IMG/VR virus record: IMGVR_UViG_2740892427_000001
Length of the DNA stretch: 64,000 nucleotides
Direction: 5' to 3' (one strand)
From: a virus
Lineage: Duplodnaviria; Heunggongvirae; Uroviricota; Caudoviricetes
A program made the position numbers and the translations under genes. Below are positions 47,456 to 56,215 of the stretch, one piece after another (within the stretch, counting starts at the first letter, position 1; each line of letters begins with the position of its first letter). Under the pieces are notes generated by a model, which had not been told where the DNA came from, searched no databases, and was given only the letters and a program-made list of their open reading frames with translations.

Positions 47456-49564
47456 TCACTTTAAAATGATACGAGATAGTTCAGTAACTACAGATGAACC
47501 AAGACTATCAACGCTCGTTACCAGGGCATGATTTGAGTAAAATCTCTCCGGTGCGTCAGTCATGATGCCAATTGCCATCAAATCAATGTCAGTCTGCGTT
47601 TCAATTTGCTTCGCAACCGAACGCAAATGAGCGTCAAAACCTCTCCCAACAGCCCACGGCTCGCCATCGCTCAGAACAAGCATGATCTTCCTGTCCTCCA
47701 TGCGACCGGAAAATAACGATGCAAGGCTGGCTATGCTTTCACCATCCACGTTATTAAGAAGTGGGAATGTGTAGCCTACGCACCCCATACGTGAGCGAAC
47801 TTCGCGAGAATTTACCTTTTCATTCCAATTTTTGATGATAGGTAGCATTAAAGATTCAAAGCGAGAGAACTCATACTTGACAGCCTTAAGTTCTCCTGCC
47901 GCCATATGACTACCAAATGTAGTGAAGCCGGTGATAATGTTGGGAACATTTATTCGATCAAGGGCATCGGCGATGGTATATGCACTTGCAAGAGCCAATT
48001 GTATCGTTATACCCCTCATTGAACCTGATAAATCAATCACTTGTTGAACACAGGCGTTAACGGCTTTAGATTCTTCTTTTTTACGAAACACGCGATCATC
48101 ATTCATTGCTAATCTGTAGATACTAGAACCATGAATGCGCCCCCGACGCTGGCCCGGTATAAACTGAACTCTGTTTCTGCTTGCTATTGCTCGCTCCAGG
48201 TCTTTTGCCAGCGTCGACGAAACACCTGACGAAAGATGCTTTTCAATATATTTGTCGAAGAGCTGGTTGCCTTCAGGAACGATGCGATAGCGGCTGATTG
48301 GACATCCTCCTAAATCAATATCGGAGAATGTTTTAATAAGCCGTTTGATATGGGCTTCTGCCTGATCAATCGAGCCGATGAAGTCGTATGAGCGATTGTA
48401 TGGCCTGTATTCGCTTTTCGAGCTTTCTGTTAACTCGCTTTTAATCGTTTCGGATAGAGCATCTTCTGTCATGCCTCCGACTTCATCTTCTATGCTATCC
48501 AGCTCCTCTAAAGCCTCTTCCAGACTCATTTTTGACGGAGTTGGGATATCTGAAGAGCCGTCTTCTGTCGTTTTTCTTTTTTCGTGGTCAGCGGTTAATG
48601 ATTCTGACGCCGCGTTATCAGAAGCATCAGAATCTGATACCTCTTTATCATTTTCTGTATCATCGAATATTGTTTCTGATGATTCAGAATTATCTGAATC
48701 ATCACTGTTGTTATTATCATGTTTGTGCTTACTATGTGATTCTGATTTGATAGATTTGTGATTATCTAACAATGAAGGTGTCTCATGATCTTCGTTGTCT
48801 TCATTGTTTTCTCCAGAGGCATCCGTCTGGTCAGCGTCAGAAGGATCGGAAGTTTTTCCCGGAGCTGACTCCTTACCTTTGCTTTCACTTTCAGTGTCTT
48901 TGAGGATCTTAGCTATGGTCGCAGCCACCTTTACACAATCCTCGGTGCAAGACATGTTACGCACGGCCACATCGATACCATGTTCTTTTAATAATGAAAT
49001 TGGTTTCTCAATGACAGGCCAGTATTCATCCATGAAATCTACGAACGGTGCTTGGCCATCCCAGGCTCTTACAACCGGACAGAGAAAGAAGTTTAGAAAA
49101 AGCGCGCGCTGATCTTTGCCACAATAAGCAATAGCCTCTGAAGCCTTTGGTTTAAAGACTTTTTCGATTATAAGGCGCTGAGTTGCCATCAGATTACGTC
49201 TTGTTCCGTTAAAGACCTGACCCATTTTTCGCTCGATGAACACGTCTTCTAAGGCATTCCATAGCGACCAGGAAGGAACGCGTCCTTTTTCTCTCATTTT
49301 GTTGGACACACGAATATCGGTAAACAAAATGTGAGCAACCTCATGATCGAGAAATCCGCGCACAGCATTCATCAATGCCGGTGTTGCGTTATCCGGGATT
49401 GATGGGATGTTTACGAGAATTGGCTCTCCATCATCGTTATAGCGTACATAAGCGTCGTCCCCTCGTTCTGCAACAGGGATGTTTTTACCTGAAAGGAGAG
49501 CGACTACTCGTTTTACACTGTCACGGAAGTCCTGAACCTCTTTGATGGAACGTTTTTTAGACAT
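47456..49564 (-). CDS. CobT-like protein with C-terminal von Willebrand A domain and long acidic low-complexity linker
   Basis: vWA-like blocks DLSGSM ... MLVLSDGEP; ~150-aa D/S/E/N-rich region. Confidence 0.55.
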   Translation of the reverse strand: MSKKRSIKEVQDFRDSVKRVVALLSGKNIPVAERGDDAYVRYNDDGEPILVNIPSIPDNATPALMNAVRGFLDHEVAHILFTDIRVSNKMREKGRVPSWSLWNALEDVFIERKMGQVFNGTRRNLMATQRLIIEKVFKPKASEAIAYCGKDQRALFLNFFLCPVVRAWDGQAPFVDFMDEYWPVIEKPISLLKEHGIDVAVRNMSCTEDCVKVAATIAKILKDTESESKGKESAPGKTSDPSDADQTDASGENNEDNEDHETPSLLDNHKSIKSESHSKHKHDNNNSDDSDNSESSETIFDDTENDKEVSDSDASDNAASESLTADHEKRKTTEDGSSDIPTPSKMSLEEALEELDSIEDEVGGMTEDALSETIKSELTESSKSEYRPYNRSYDFIGSIDQAEAHIKRLIKTFSDIDLGGCPISRYRIVPEGNQLFDKYIEKHLSSGVSSTLAKDLERAIASRNRVQFIPGQRRGRIHGSSIYRLAMNDDRVFRKKEESKAVNACVQQVIDLSGSMRGITIQLALASAYTIADALDRINVPNIITGFTTFGSHMAAGELKAVKYEFSRFESLMLPIIKNWNEKVNSREVRSRMGCVGYTFPLLNNVDGESIASLASLFSGRMEDRKIMLVLSDGEPWAVGRGFDAHLRSVAKQIETQTDIDLMAIGIMTDAPERFYSNHALVTSVDSLGSSVVTELSRIILK

Positions 49565-49662
49565 GGCTAATCCTTTGTTATGAAAACAAATTATTTACTA
49601 GTGTGTTTAATGTAGCACTGCGCGAACAGGGAACTAAGCCATTCGCGCAGGGAGAAGAGGGG

Positions 49663-49875
49663 TTAACAGATTCTGACGGCTAAAGACCCGGAGCCGGTAT
49701 TGAGAAGCGTGAAGCGTTTGTTGTTAAGTTCGAATATAAATCCAGTTGTGTCATTCACACCAACCTGAATCTGCTCATTCGGTAGATCGGTGAGGATGTC
49801 AGCTACACACTCATCAACTAATTTCTGTACGTGTCCGATCTCAAGAGCGATTAGGCTGGAAATAGTGGTGTTCAT
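49663..49875 (-). CDS. small hypothetical protein
   Basis: 70 aa ORF. Confidence 0.4.
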   Translation of the reverse strand: MNTTISSLIALEIGHVQKLVDECVADILTDLPNEQIQVGVNDTTGFIFELNNKRFTLLNTGSGSLAVRIC

Positions 49876-50053
49876 TCAATCAGTCCATTCTAACTTATAC
49901 TATGGTAAGGAATACTACTAAAATTTGTATCAATACTGAATACATTCATATCATATGCAAGTTGATTTTCTTACCTATTTTTGGCTAATTTTTCTCCGTG
50001 CAATGGCCTTTAACCGGTCTTTTAAGTGCCTATCGAAAAAAATGATAATAGCT

Positions 50054-50097
50054 TTACAACCCTAACCTTTGATGTAATATCGGTAAGCACTTACCAG
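50054..50097 (+). promoter_or_regulatory. promoter TTTACA-16-TAATAT with palindromic operator GGTAAGcaCTTACC just downstream of the -10
   Basis: Located 30-70 bp upstream of the HTH regulator ATG; the palindrome belongs to the dispersed motif family. Confidence 0.5.
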
Positions 50098-50126
50098 AGA
50101 GAATTGAACGCGCAAAGGTTGTAACC

Positions 50127-50513
50127 ATGTCTGATAACAAGATTGAATTTATAGAAAGTCGCTACGCTGCTTTTATCGCAGGGTTGATTGAATCCTCACC
50201 TATGAGCCAGGCCCAGATAGCCAAAACAATTGGGTATAAAAACGCCAACAACCTTTCTTTAATTAAAAGCGGCAAAATTCCTTTGCCTATCGATAAGGTT
50301 CGTCCGCTGGCGCTGGCACTGGGTATTGAGCCAAGTCGTCTTATGATGATGGTGCTGGAAGAACGCCAACCCGAACTCGCAGCATTTTTATACAAAGAAG
50401 GCACTGCTCCTCTTAACGAGGACGAAAAACAGGTTCTTGCTGCATATAACGAGCGATTCGGTAAAGAGAAAGGCGCATCACAAAAGGTTGTTGAGGCCAT
50501 AAAGTCTCTATGA
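50127..50513 (+). CDS. HTH (XRE/Cro-C1 type) transcriptional regulator
   Basis: 128 aa; HTH-like MSQAQIAKTIGYKNANNLSLIKSGK. Confidence 0.6.
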   Translation: MSDNKIEFIESRYAAFIAGLIESSPMSQAQIAKTIGYKNANNLSLIKSGKIPLPIDKVRPLALALGIEPSRLMMMVLEERQPELAAFLYKEGTAPLNEDEKQVLAAYNERFGKEKGASQKVVEAIKSL

Positions 50514-51611
50514 AAAATTTACACGAATAAGCTCTGTTGATAGACGATCTCCCTTAAATTTGTGGTCAATTTCGTCTAAATCCGGTTGCTCTACGATTGA
50601 TGCGATGTACGTCGAGAAACTTTCTAAGGCGTCTCGCATCTCGTCCATATAATCGTGCCGGTCGTAGACCCGATCTATCCCCTCAAGACTGTGGTTCATG
50701 ATTTTACGTGATACCTCCTGGCTTATGCCTAATGCTGGGAAGTAACTACGCGCAGTACGGCGCAAATCTCGGGGTGTAAATGGCTCAAGCTCCATCAGTT
50801 CTGGTCGTTCCAGAATACGACGTAATGCCTGGGCTATTGCCACTTTAGACATAGGAAGGTCTTTCCCGATTTTTTTATTCGAAGGCACGAGCCACTGGCT
50901 GTCTTTACCATATTCGAACAACTCTTCAATACAAGTGCGCATTAATGAGCTTAAAGGCAGAGAATGCTCACGGGCAGATTTGTTCCTCTTGCCTTGATTC
51001 CAAACCCCACGCTTAAGATTGAACTCACTTTTTTTAGCCCGCAGTACTTCGTCAGGTCGTCTTGCGGATACAAGACATAGCCTGGCCGCCCATTTTGTAC
51101 CAGCACACACATTGAAGTAGTCCCATATATTCCAGAACACCCATACCTCTGCGTCGGTCAGCTTCCGCTCGCGAGGTGTGGGCTTTGCGCCACCGGCAAC
51201 TTTGTTAAGTGACATATCGTTTAACGGTGACACGTCTATCATCCCCTGGAAGGCGCACCAGCTAAGGAACTGCTTCATCAGAGAGAAAACGCGGCGACCC
51301 ATAACAATTTTGCCATCCAGTATTAGTGGGTTGACCAGTTGGTTCACCATGAACCTATTAATGTCACTTACTTTTACATCGGCAATGTGCGGCAAAACAT
51401 GTATCAAAATACAATGAACAGCGATCTCTGGCCGACGTCTGGTTATCAGCAGAGATAAGCGAGTGAATAACATGAATGCGTCCGAGAATCTCATGTCATT
51501 GCTGACCTGGGAGATCGTAACGGCCTGCATTTGAGATGCTCTTTCGAGATACTCTATCGCCTCTTTTGAGGTGTTCTCCGCAGCGCGTGCTCTGTCAAAG
51601 CTATTTTTCAT
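50508..51611 (-). CDS. tyrosine recombinase / integrase family protein
   Basis: C-terminal region DLRRTARSY ... HSLEG ... VYDRHDY matches the catalytic R..H..R..Y pattern. Confidence 0.6.
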   Translation of the reverse strand: MKNSFDRARAAENTSKEAIEYLERASQMQAVTISQVSNDMRFSDAFMLFTRLSLLITRRRPEIAVHCILIHVLPHIADVKVSDINRFMVNQLVNPLILDGKIVMGRRVFSLMKQFLSWCAFQGMIDVSPLNDMSLNKVAGGAKPTPRERKLTDAEVWVFWNIWDYFNVCAGTKWAARLCLVSARRPDEVLRAKKSEFNLKRGVWNQGKRNKSAREHSLPLSSLMRTCIEELFEYGKDSQWLVPSNKKIGKDLPMSKVAIAQALRRILERPELMELEPFTPRDLRRTARSYFPALGISQEVSRKIMNHSLEGIDRVYDRHDYMDEMRDALESFSTYIASIVEQPDLDEIDHKFKGDRLSTELIRVNFS

Positions 51612-51637
51612 ATGACAATCACCGAGTTACGCCGATG

Positions 51638-51657
51638 TACTGTATAAGTAAACAGTA
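51638..51657. promoter_or_regulatory. LexA (SOS) box TACTGTataagtaaACAGTA upstream of the recombinase gene
   Basis: CTGT-N8-ACAG with flanking TA, 27 bp upstream of the recombinase ATG (51611). Confidence 0.6.
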
Positions 51658-51709
51658 TATTAGGCATAGATTCTTATAGGATCAAGAGTAAAAGTAACTC
51701 ATTTTTACT

Positions 51710-51742
51710 AATGATTCCATACATAGTAGGTATGGAATCATT
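51710..51742. repeat. perfect inverted repeat AATGATTCCATAC-N7-GTATGGAATCATT
   Basis: 13-bp arms; same ATGTATGGAATCAT core recurs at ~53479 and ~54506. Confidence 0.5.
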
Positions 51743-51798
51743 TTGACGTTGTTTTTTGAATTTTAAGGGAAACGGGAGTGAGTTTGGTGGGAATAAAA

Positions 51799-51816
51799 AC
51801 GGCTCCTGTGAGCCGT
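51799..51816 (-). terminator. intrinsic terminator after glutaredoxin gene
   Basis: acggctcctgtgagccgt stem followed on minus strand by TTTTTA. Confidence 0.5.
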
Positions 51817-51821
51817 TAAAA

Positions 51822-52067
51822 TCAGAGGGTGCTGACGTATGCAGCCAGTTCTGTGTATCCGCCAATCGGTTGGCCATCGATCAGCACTTGGGGGATAGTC
51901 TCTACCGGTTTACCAACAATTTCACTTAGTTTTTCCTTGTCGATACCGGCAGTGGTGATGTCGATGTACTCATAATCACCGTAGCCATGTCCCTTTAGTT
52001 GCTTCGCCAGCTCGACCGCACGTTTGCAGTATGAGCAGTTATCTCGTCCGTAGATAGTGATCGTCAT
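51822..52067 (-). CDS. glutaredoxin-like protein (RNR reductant)
   Basis: 81 aa; CSYC active site near N-terminus. Confidence 0.7.
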   Translation of the reverse strand: MTITIYGRDNCSYCKRAVELAKQLKGHGYGDYEYIDITTAGIDKEKLSEIVGKPVETIPQVLIDGQPIGGYTELAAYVSTL

Positions 52068-52414
52068 TGCTTTGCCTCATGCCACTTTTGCTTCAGGAGA
52101 TAGCCTTCCAGGGGCCAGATTTGATCGATAGCATCTTTTCGAGCGTACTCGCGACCAACATCAAAGTTGAAGATTTCTGGTCTTACGCACGCAGATTTTC
52201 CCGTTACGGTATATCCATTTTTGAGAACCATAACGCAGAACGTTAAGAGTTTTAACGACTCATGACCTTTGTCGATATCTGTTTTTGAATTGTAAACAGA
52301 GATGAAGTTATCCCCGTGGCTGGCATCATATGCAGTGAAATAATGTTCACTTTGAATGAGTTGTTCAATGTGTTCAGGGGTGACTTTTAGTGGTGTGTTA
52401 TCTTTGCTGGTCAT
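52064..52414 (-). CDS. hypothetical protein
   Basis: 116 aa ORF overlapping glutaredoxin start. Confidence 0.45.
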   Translation of the reverse strand: MTSKDNTPLKVTPEHIEQLIQSEHYFTAYDASHGDNFISVYNSKTDIDKGHESLKLLTFCVMVLKNGYTVTGKSACVRPEIFNFDVGREYARKDAIDQIWPLEGYLLKQKWHEAKQ

Positions 52415-52555
52415 TATTTCTTCCTACAAAGTTCGTAGACTTGACTCTTTCAGTTGCAAAAAAGGGGCCGAAGCCCCTTTGAATTTTGCGCTGAAAAAAA
52501 GTGTTGCTAGGATGTTAGCAAGCTATGGTTAAGAACGTCTGCCGTAATTGTCTAT

Positions 52556-52633
52556 CACAGCGTTGAGCGGTCTGGTTTATGTTAGCGGAGTCTTAATCTG
52601 GGTGATTAAAAGGCCAAACCGCTCAACGCTGTG
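52556..52633 (-). repeat. hairpin-bounded module H1 (15-bp perfect terminal inverted repeat CACAGCGTTGAGCGG), abuts tRNA-Ser
   Basis: 78 nt; one of four related modules in the tRNA region. Confidence 0.45.
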
Positions 52634-52635
52634 TT

Positions 52636-52722
52636 TGGCGGAGAGTAATGGAATCGAACCATCATCGCTTGCGCAATGGGACGGTTTTCAAGACCGCTTG
52701 AGCACCATGCTCCCTACTCTCC
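52636..52722 (-). tRNA. tRNA-Ser (anticodon TGA), long variable arm
   Basis: Cloverleaf folded by hand: acceptor GGAGAGT/ACTCTCC, anticodon loop CTTGAAA, T-loop GGTTCGATTCC, 87 nt. Confidence 0.7.
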
Positions 52723-52822
52723 AGCTATTGTGATGGTCGGTGCTGAACTCCGACACAGGGTTGTAGCAAGCCCCGCAAAGCGCGCACTACTGTAGTTGCG
52801 GCACATCAGCCTGTGCATTCAT

Positions 52823-52901
52823 CACAACGGTAAGATCACTACCTTTCGACCAGTCATTGTGCACATGAACGACGATTAACCGTAATGATCTTATCGTTGT
52901 G
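52823..52901 (-). repeat. hairpin-bounded module H2 (terminal inverted repeat CACAACGGTAAGATCA)
   Basis: 79 nt, 16-bp stems with one G-U position. Confidence 0.4.
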
Positions 52902-52952
52902 TTGTGAAGCCAGATGCTTATCTTCTGGTTGCTTCAAAGAGCTGCACTTCCT

Positions 52953-53041
52953 CACAACGGTAAGAGCACTGGTCTGACTCTATCGATTTACGGGCTTGTG
53001 GGTCAGTATCGCCGATTCGCCCAATGCTCTTACCTGTTGTG
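52953..53041 (-). repeat. hairpin-bounded module H3 (terminal inverted repeat CACAACGGTAAGAGCA), abuts tRNA-Thr
   Basis: 89 nt, 16-bp stems with one bulge. Confidence 0.4.
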
Positions 53042-53042
53042 T

Positions 53043-53118
53043 TGGTGCCGGTTAACGGGATCGAACCGCTGACATCCTGCTTACAAGGCAGACGCTCTAC
53101 CAACTGAGCTAAACCGGC
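53043..53118 (-). tRNA. tRNA-Thr (anticodon TGT)
   Basis: Acceptor GCCGGTT/AACCGGC, anticodon loop CTTGTAA, T-loop GGTTCGATCC, 76 nt. Confidence 0.8.
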
Positions 53119-53122
53119 AATT

Positions 53123-53209
53123 TGGTGGGGAGTGATGGAGTCGAACCACCCGAGTCGCAATGACAGTAGATTTACAGTCTACCCCGCTGCCCCTACGGAC
53201 TAACTCCCC
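53123..53209 (-). tRNA. tRNA-Tyr (anticodon GTA), long variable arm
   Basis: Acceptor GGGGAGT/ACTCCCC, anticodon loop CTGTAAA, T-loop GGTTCGACTCC, 87 nt. Confidence 0.75.
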
Positions 53210-53214
53210 TAAAT

Positions 53215-53289
53215 TGGCGATGGTGGGTGGATTCGAACCACCGACCAGTTGGTTAACAGCCAACTGCTCTACCGCTGAGCTACACCATC
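53215..53289 (-). tRNA. tRNA-Asn (anticodon GTT)
   Basis: Acceptor GATGGTG/CACCATC, anticodon loop CTGTTAA, T-loop GGTTCGAATCC, 75 nt. Confidence 0.8.
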
Positions 53290-53555
53290 AATTCAGCACT
53301 GCCAGTATTTATTACTCAACAGTGCCAATCGCGACGGTTTAGTTTCTGCCAGGAAACGCACCGCTACTTGCACTTTTCGTTAGTGCCAGACGCTTTCGAC
53401 TTCGCTCAATAGTAGAAGGCAAAATCTTTAAGTAGATGATGTTTCTGAGGACAGCACCTACTTTGTAATTTATACAATGTGATGTATGGAATCATTTGTT
53501 GTGAAAACAGGCACCAATGGCAACAGTGGTTAAACCTACACAACAATCCTGTCTT

Positions 53556-53677
53556 CACAACGTTGAGGCCACTACTCCGATTGAATGTTTGCCCAACATG
53601 TTACATATCAACGCTCGCCGGTATCTCTGTGAATAGAACCTTAGAATTGATAAAAATGTAATGGCCTCAACGTTGTG
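53556..53677 (-). repeat. hairpin-bounded module H4 (16-bp perfect terminal inverted repeat CACAACGTTGAGGCCA)
   Basis: 122 nt; upstream of the tRNA cluster. Confidence 0.4.
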
Positions 53678-54081
53678 TGCTGGCTAACCATACCAGCCGG
53701 GCTACGTCGCCGCTTTTTAACCCAGTATAAACGACATAATTGAACAAAATGACGTAACAGGATGGGCGGTCAGTGGCTAAGAATCCGGGAGTCATATGGA
53801 GTTGAAAATATACCAACCGCCCATTCTGTTACTTCATCGGATAGGGCATAGTGGTTTGGCTGTCTATGCCCTATCCTGCGTTCTGCAATCACACTCGCTC
53901 AGTGTGTCCCATTTCGGTAACGAGGCTGGAAACTGACCTCGCTGGTGTTTGGCTTATTAGGCTACTGCCAGATAGACTTCTTCGTTTGCACTTGTATTTA
54001 AGTTCAAACAGTCGCGTCTCAACGAAAACAAAGTCATCTTATACATAAAAGATAAGTAAGTAAATACTTATCATGATGTTT

Positions 54082-54372
54082 CTATTCGGTTGTGACTTTT
54101 TTGATCAAGGCCACTCTACGACTAGGTGTTCTTGTGATGGTGGCAGTGAATCGTTTCGCCTGGATAGTAATGGTTTCGTTCTCCTTAAGTTGCCCGTAGC
54201 GAGTTTCCACCAGGGTGCCAAGACGCCACAGACCATCATCGATACGTTTATGACTAGCAAATTTAATCAGCAACAGTTTTACGACTAACTGACCTACGTA
54301 AAAGGCGAATGCGACTCCGGTCGCTAAGAAATAGGTGGCCAACCACCATTCCCAAGAAGTTAAATTGCTCAT
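54082..54372 (-). CDS. membrane protein
   Basis: 96 aa; N-terminal TM segment WEWWLATYFLATGVAFAFYVGQLVV. Confidence 0.45.
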   Translation of the reverse strand: MSNLTSWEWWLATYFLATGVAFAFYVGQLVVKLLLIKFASHKRIDDGLWRLGTLVETRYGQLKENETITIQAKRFTATITRTPSRRVALIKKVTTE

Positions 54373-54521
54373 TTTTTCACCTTTGTTTCATGAACTACCC
54401 GATACACACGCTTTCCGATGCACAGTGTTTTGGTTTTAAGTTCCTGCTTAATTAAATCACGACAGATGCCGAAGCCGATAAGGAAGCCACCCATAAAAGC
54501 TAATGAGATGTATGGAATCAT
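54369..54521 (-). CDS. small membrane peptide (50 aa)
   Basis: MIPYISLAFMGGFLIGFGICRDL...; stop overlaps next start (ATGA); start lies in the ATGATTCCATAC motif. Confidence 0.3.
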   Translation of the reverse strand: MIPYISLAFMGGFLIGFGICRDLIKQELKTKTLCIGKRVYRVVHETKVKK

Positions 54522-54733
54522 TTTAACACTCCTGATTCTACTAATTGCTGTAGCAATACTTTCCCTTTATCAGTTAACTGGTAGTTGGCCGAACACCACG
54601 TTTCAGAAACGTTTGCAACCAACCCTAAACGCTCTAACTTAGCTCGCGTTTTAGGCTTCCAGTACTCAGGGAACTCCGGCCACTTACTGATTTCATGAAG
54701 CGTTTCCTTCTCCCGTTTACTTAATACGATCAT
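54518..54733 (-). CDS. small hypothetical protein
   Basis: 71 aa ORF. Confidence 0.4.
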   Translation of the reverse strand: MIVLSKREKETLHEISKWPEFPEYWKPKTRAKLERLGLVANVSETWCSANYQLTDKGKVLLQQLVESGVLK

Positions 54734-54896
54734 CCTTAATCTCCTTCAGGGTGTTGGTTATTTCTACAATGCGATAAATACGACCGCGTCTTTCTATAAC
54801 ACCGCTTTTAATGTAGTCATTGATGCAACTGGACATCACCACAATACCTATGAAAAAACCAACTGCTAAAAATGCAATCATCCAGCCGAGCATCAT
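54717..54896 (-). CDS. small membrane peptide (59 aa)
   Basis: MMLGWMIAFLAVGFFIGIVVM...; starts right after ligase stop. Confidence 0.3.
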   Translation of the reverse strand: MMLGWMIAFLAVGFFIGIVVMSSCINDYIKSGVIERRGRIYRIVEITNTLKEIKDDRIK

Positions 54897-56215
54897 TCTT
54901 TATCTCCGATTCGATCTTCTGTATCGCGTAAGCAACGCGGCCATTTCAGTCGGGGGTGGCGTAAGCTGCCATCCGGTGTTTTCTCGTGACAATGAACCTC
55001 AACAATACGACCACGGTACTTCTCTTTGTTGTTCCAGATCTCGTCCAGATATTTATGCTTAATACCGCTCGCACGAACGATGACGCCGTTTTCAAGACGA
55101 ATAACAATTTTTCCAAGCGTGTTGGCAAAACCAGAGTCCGGATCGCCCGGCTCAAAATCGATAATTTCACCATCTTCTGAATCTTCGTCTTTTAACTTCC
55201 ACCAGCTGCGGGTACGTTTAAACTCGTAAACAGAGTTCGGATCTTTGCCCATCTCCCCTTCTTCGTTATCGTCCAGGCGTTTCATGAAGCGTTCGATGAA
55301 GTCTTCGTGGCTATGGATGATATAGAACGGATGTAGGTGAATGTCTTGCGCGTAGTCTTCACTGCGATCGTTTTTGAACAACGCCACGAGAATAGCCAGG
55401 CGCTCTTTCAGCTTCATACCTGTCTTTGCATACTCTTTGGATTTAGCCTGTGCCCGCCATTCCGGTAGGAAAAAGTCGAAAACATGATAAATAGCGCCAA
55501 TTGCCTGCACGTTCTTTTTGCGCAATGCAGATACGGACTGGTTAAATGAACCGGCTGTTCCTTCACCATCGAAGAAGATGTGTTTGTGGCCTGAAAGTTT
55601 GCCTAATTCGAGCATTGCTGGCTTTAGGTGATCGAGAGACGTGATTGGATTACCAGTACGAGAAAGGAAGTTAACCTCTTCCTCGTCAACAATAACCTCG
55701 CAAATTACTCGCAAACCATCGAGCTTAAGACTGCCAATCATCGGCCATTTTGCTTTAGGATTTGGCTTGAAGGGGTATTTGTCGCCTTTTTCTTTATACG
55801 GTGACGCCAGCTGCACCTCGAATTTCGGAATGGGATTTTCAAAAACCTTGTTGCATAGGCTAATCCCAACACCTGCTTTCGGGTCTTTTAAGAGGAAACG
55901 ACGGAACACGTCCTGCCCATCGGCGCACATTGACGCCACGATAGACTCAACAGCTGCTATTGCTGCGTTCCCCGTCAGCTCGCGAGAGGCCAGCTTATTC
56001 AGTACATCAATGGCTTTTTCGTCACTTGGGACGGACTCACTAAGCGGCTCTGCCACTTTGTATTTCTTTACCCCAAAACGGATGAAAGGGTTGAGCATCA
56101 ATGAAACCATGCTTTGTTCAAAGTCATCCATGTTGGCCAATGCCTCTTTTTTTGCATTGGTTCCCATAGCTTTCATTTCGTCCAGCTTATGCTTAAGTGC
56201 GATCAACTTTTTCAT
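54893..56215 (-). CDS. ATP-dependent DNA ligase
   Basis: Adenylation motif I KLDGLR; 440 aa. Confidence 0.7.
   Translation of the reverse strand: MKKLIALKHKLDEMKAMGTNAKKEALANMDDFEQSMVSLMLNPFIRFGVKKYKVAEPLSESVPSDEKAIDVLNKLASRELTGNAAIAAVESIVASMCADGQDVFRRFLLKDPKAGVGISLCNKVFENPIPKFEVQLASPYKEKGDKYPFKPNPKAKWPMIGSLKLDGLRVICEVIVDEEEVNFLSRTGNPITSLDHLKPAMLELGKLSGHKHIFFDGEGTAGSFNQSVSALRKKNVQAIGAIYHVFDFFLPEWRAQAKSKEYAKTGMKLKERLAILVALFKNDRSEDYAQDIHLHPFYIIHSHEDFIERFMKRLDDNEEGEMGKDPNSVYEFKRTRSWWKLKDEDSEDGEIIDFEPGDPDSGFANTLGKIVIRLENGVIVRASGIKHKYLDEIWNNKEKYRGRIVEVHCHEKTPDGSLRHPRLKWPRCLRDTEDRIGDKE

Noticed and set aside
50508-53289. Integrase next to tRNA genes as evidence that a smaller island integrated into a tRNA
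   Set aside because: All four tRNAs appear intact with no duplicated 3' tRNA fragment nearby; the proximity is not evidence of a tRNA-targeted insertion.
52548-53342. Small ORFs overlapping the tRNA genes on both strands
   Set aside because: They coincide with tRNA cloverleaves and hairpin modules; ORF signal there is an artefact of structured RNA sequence.
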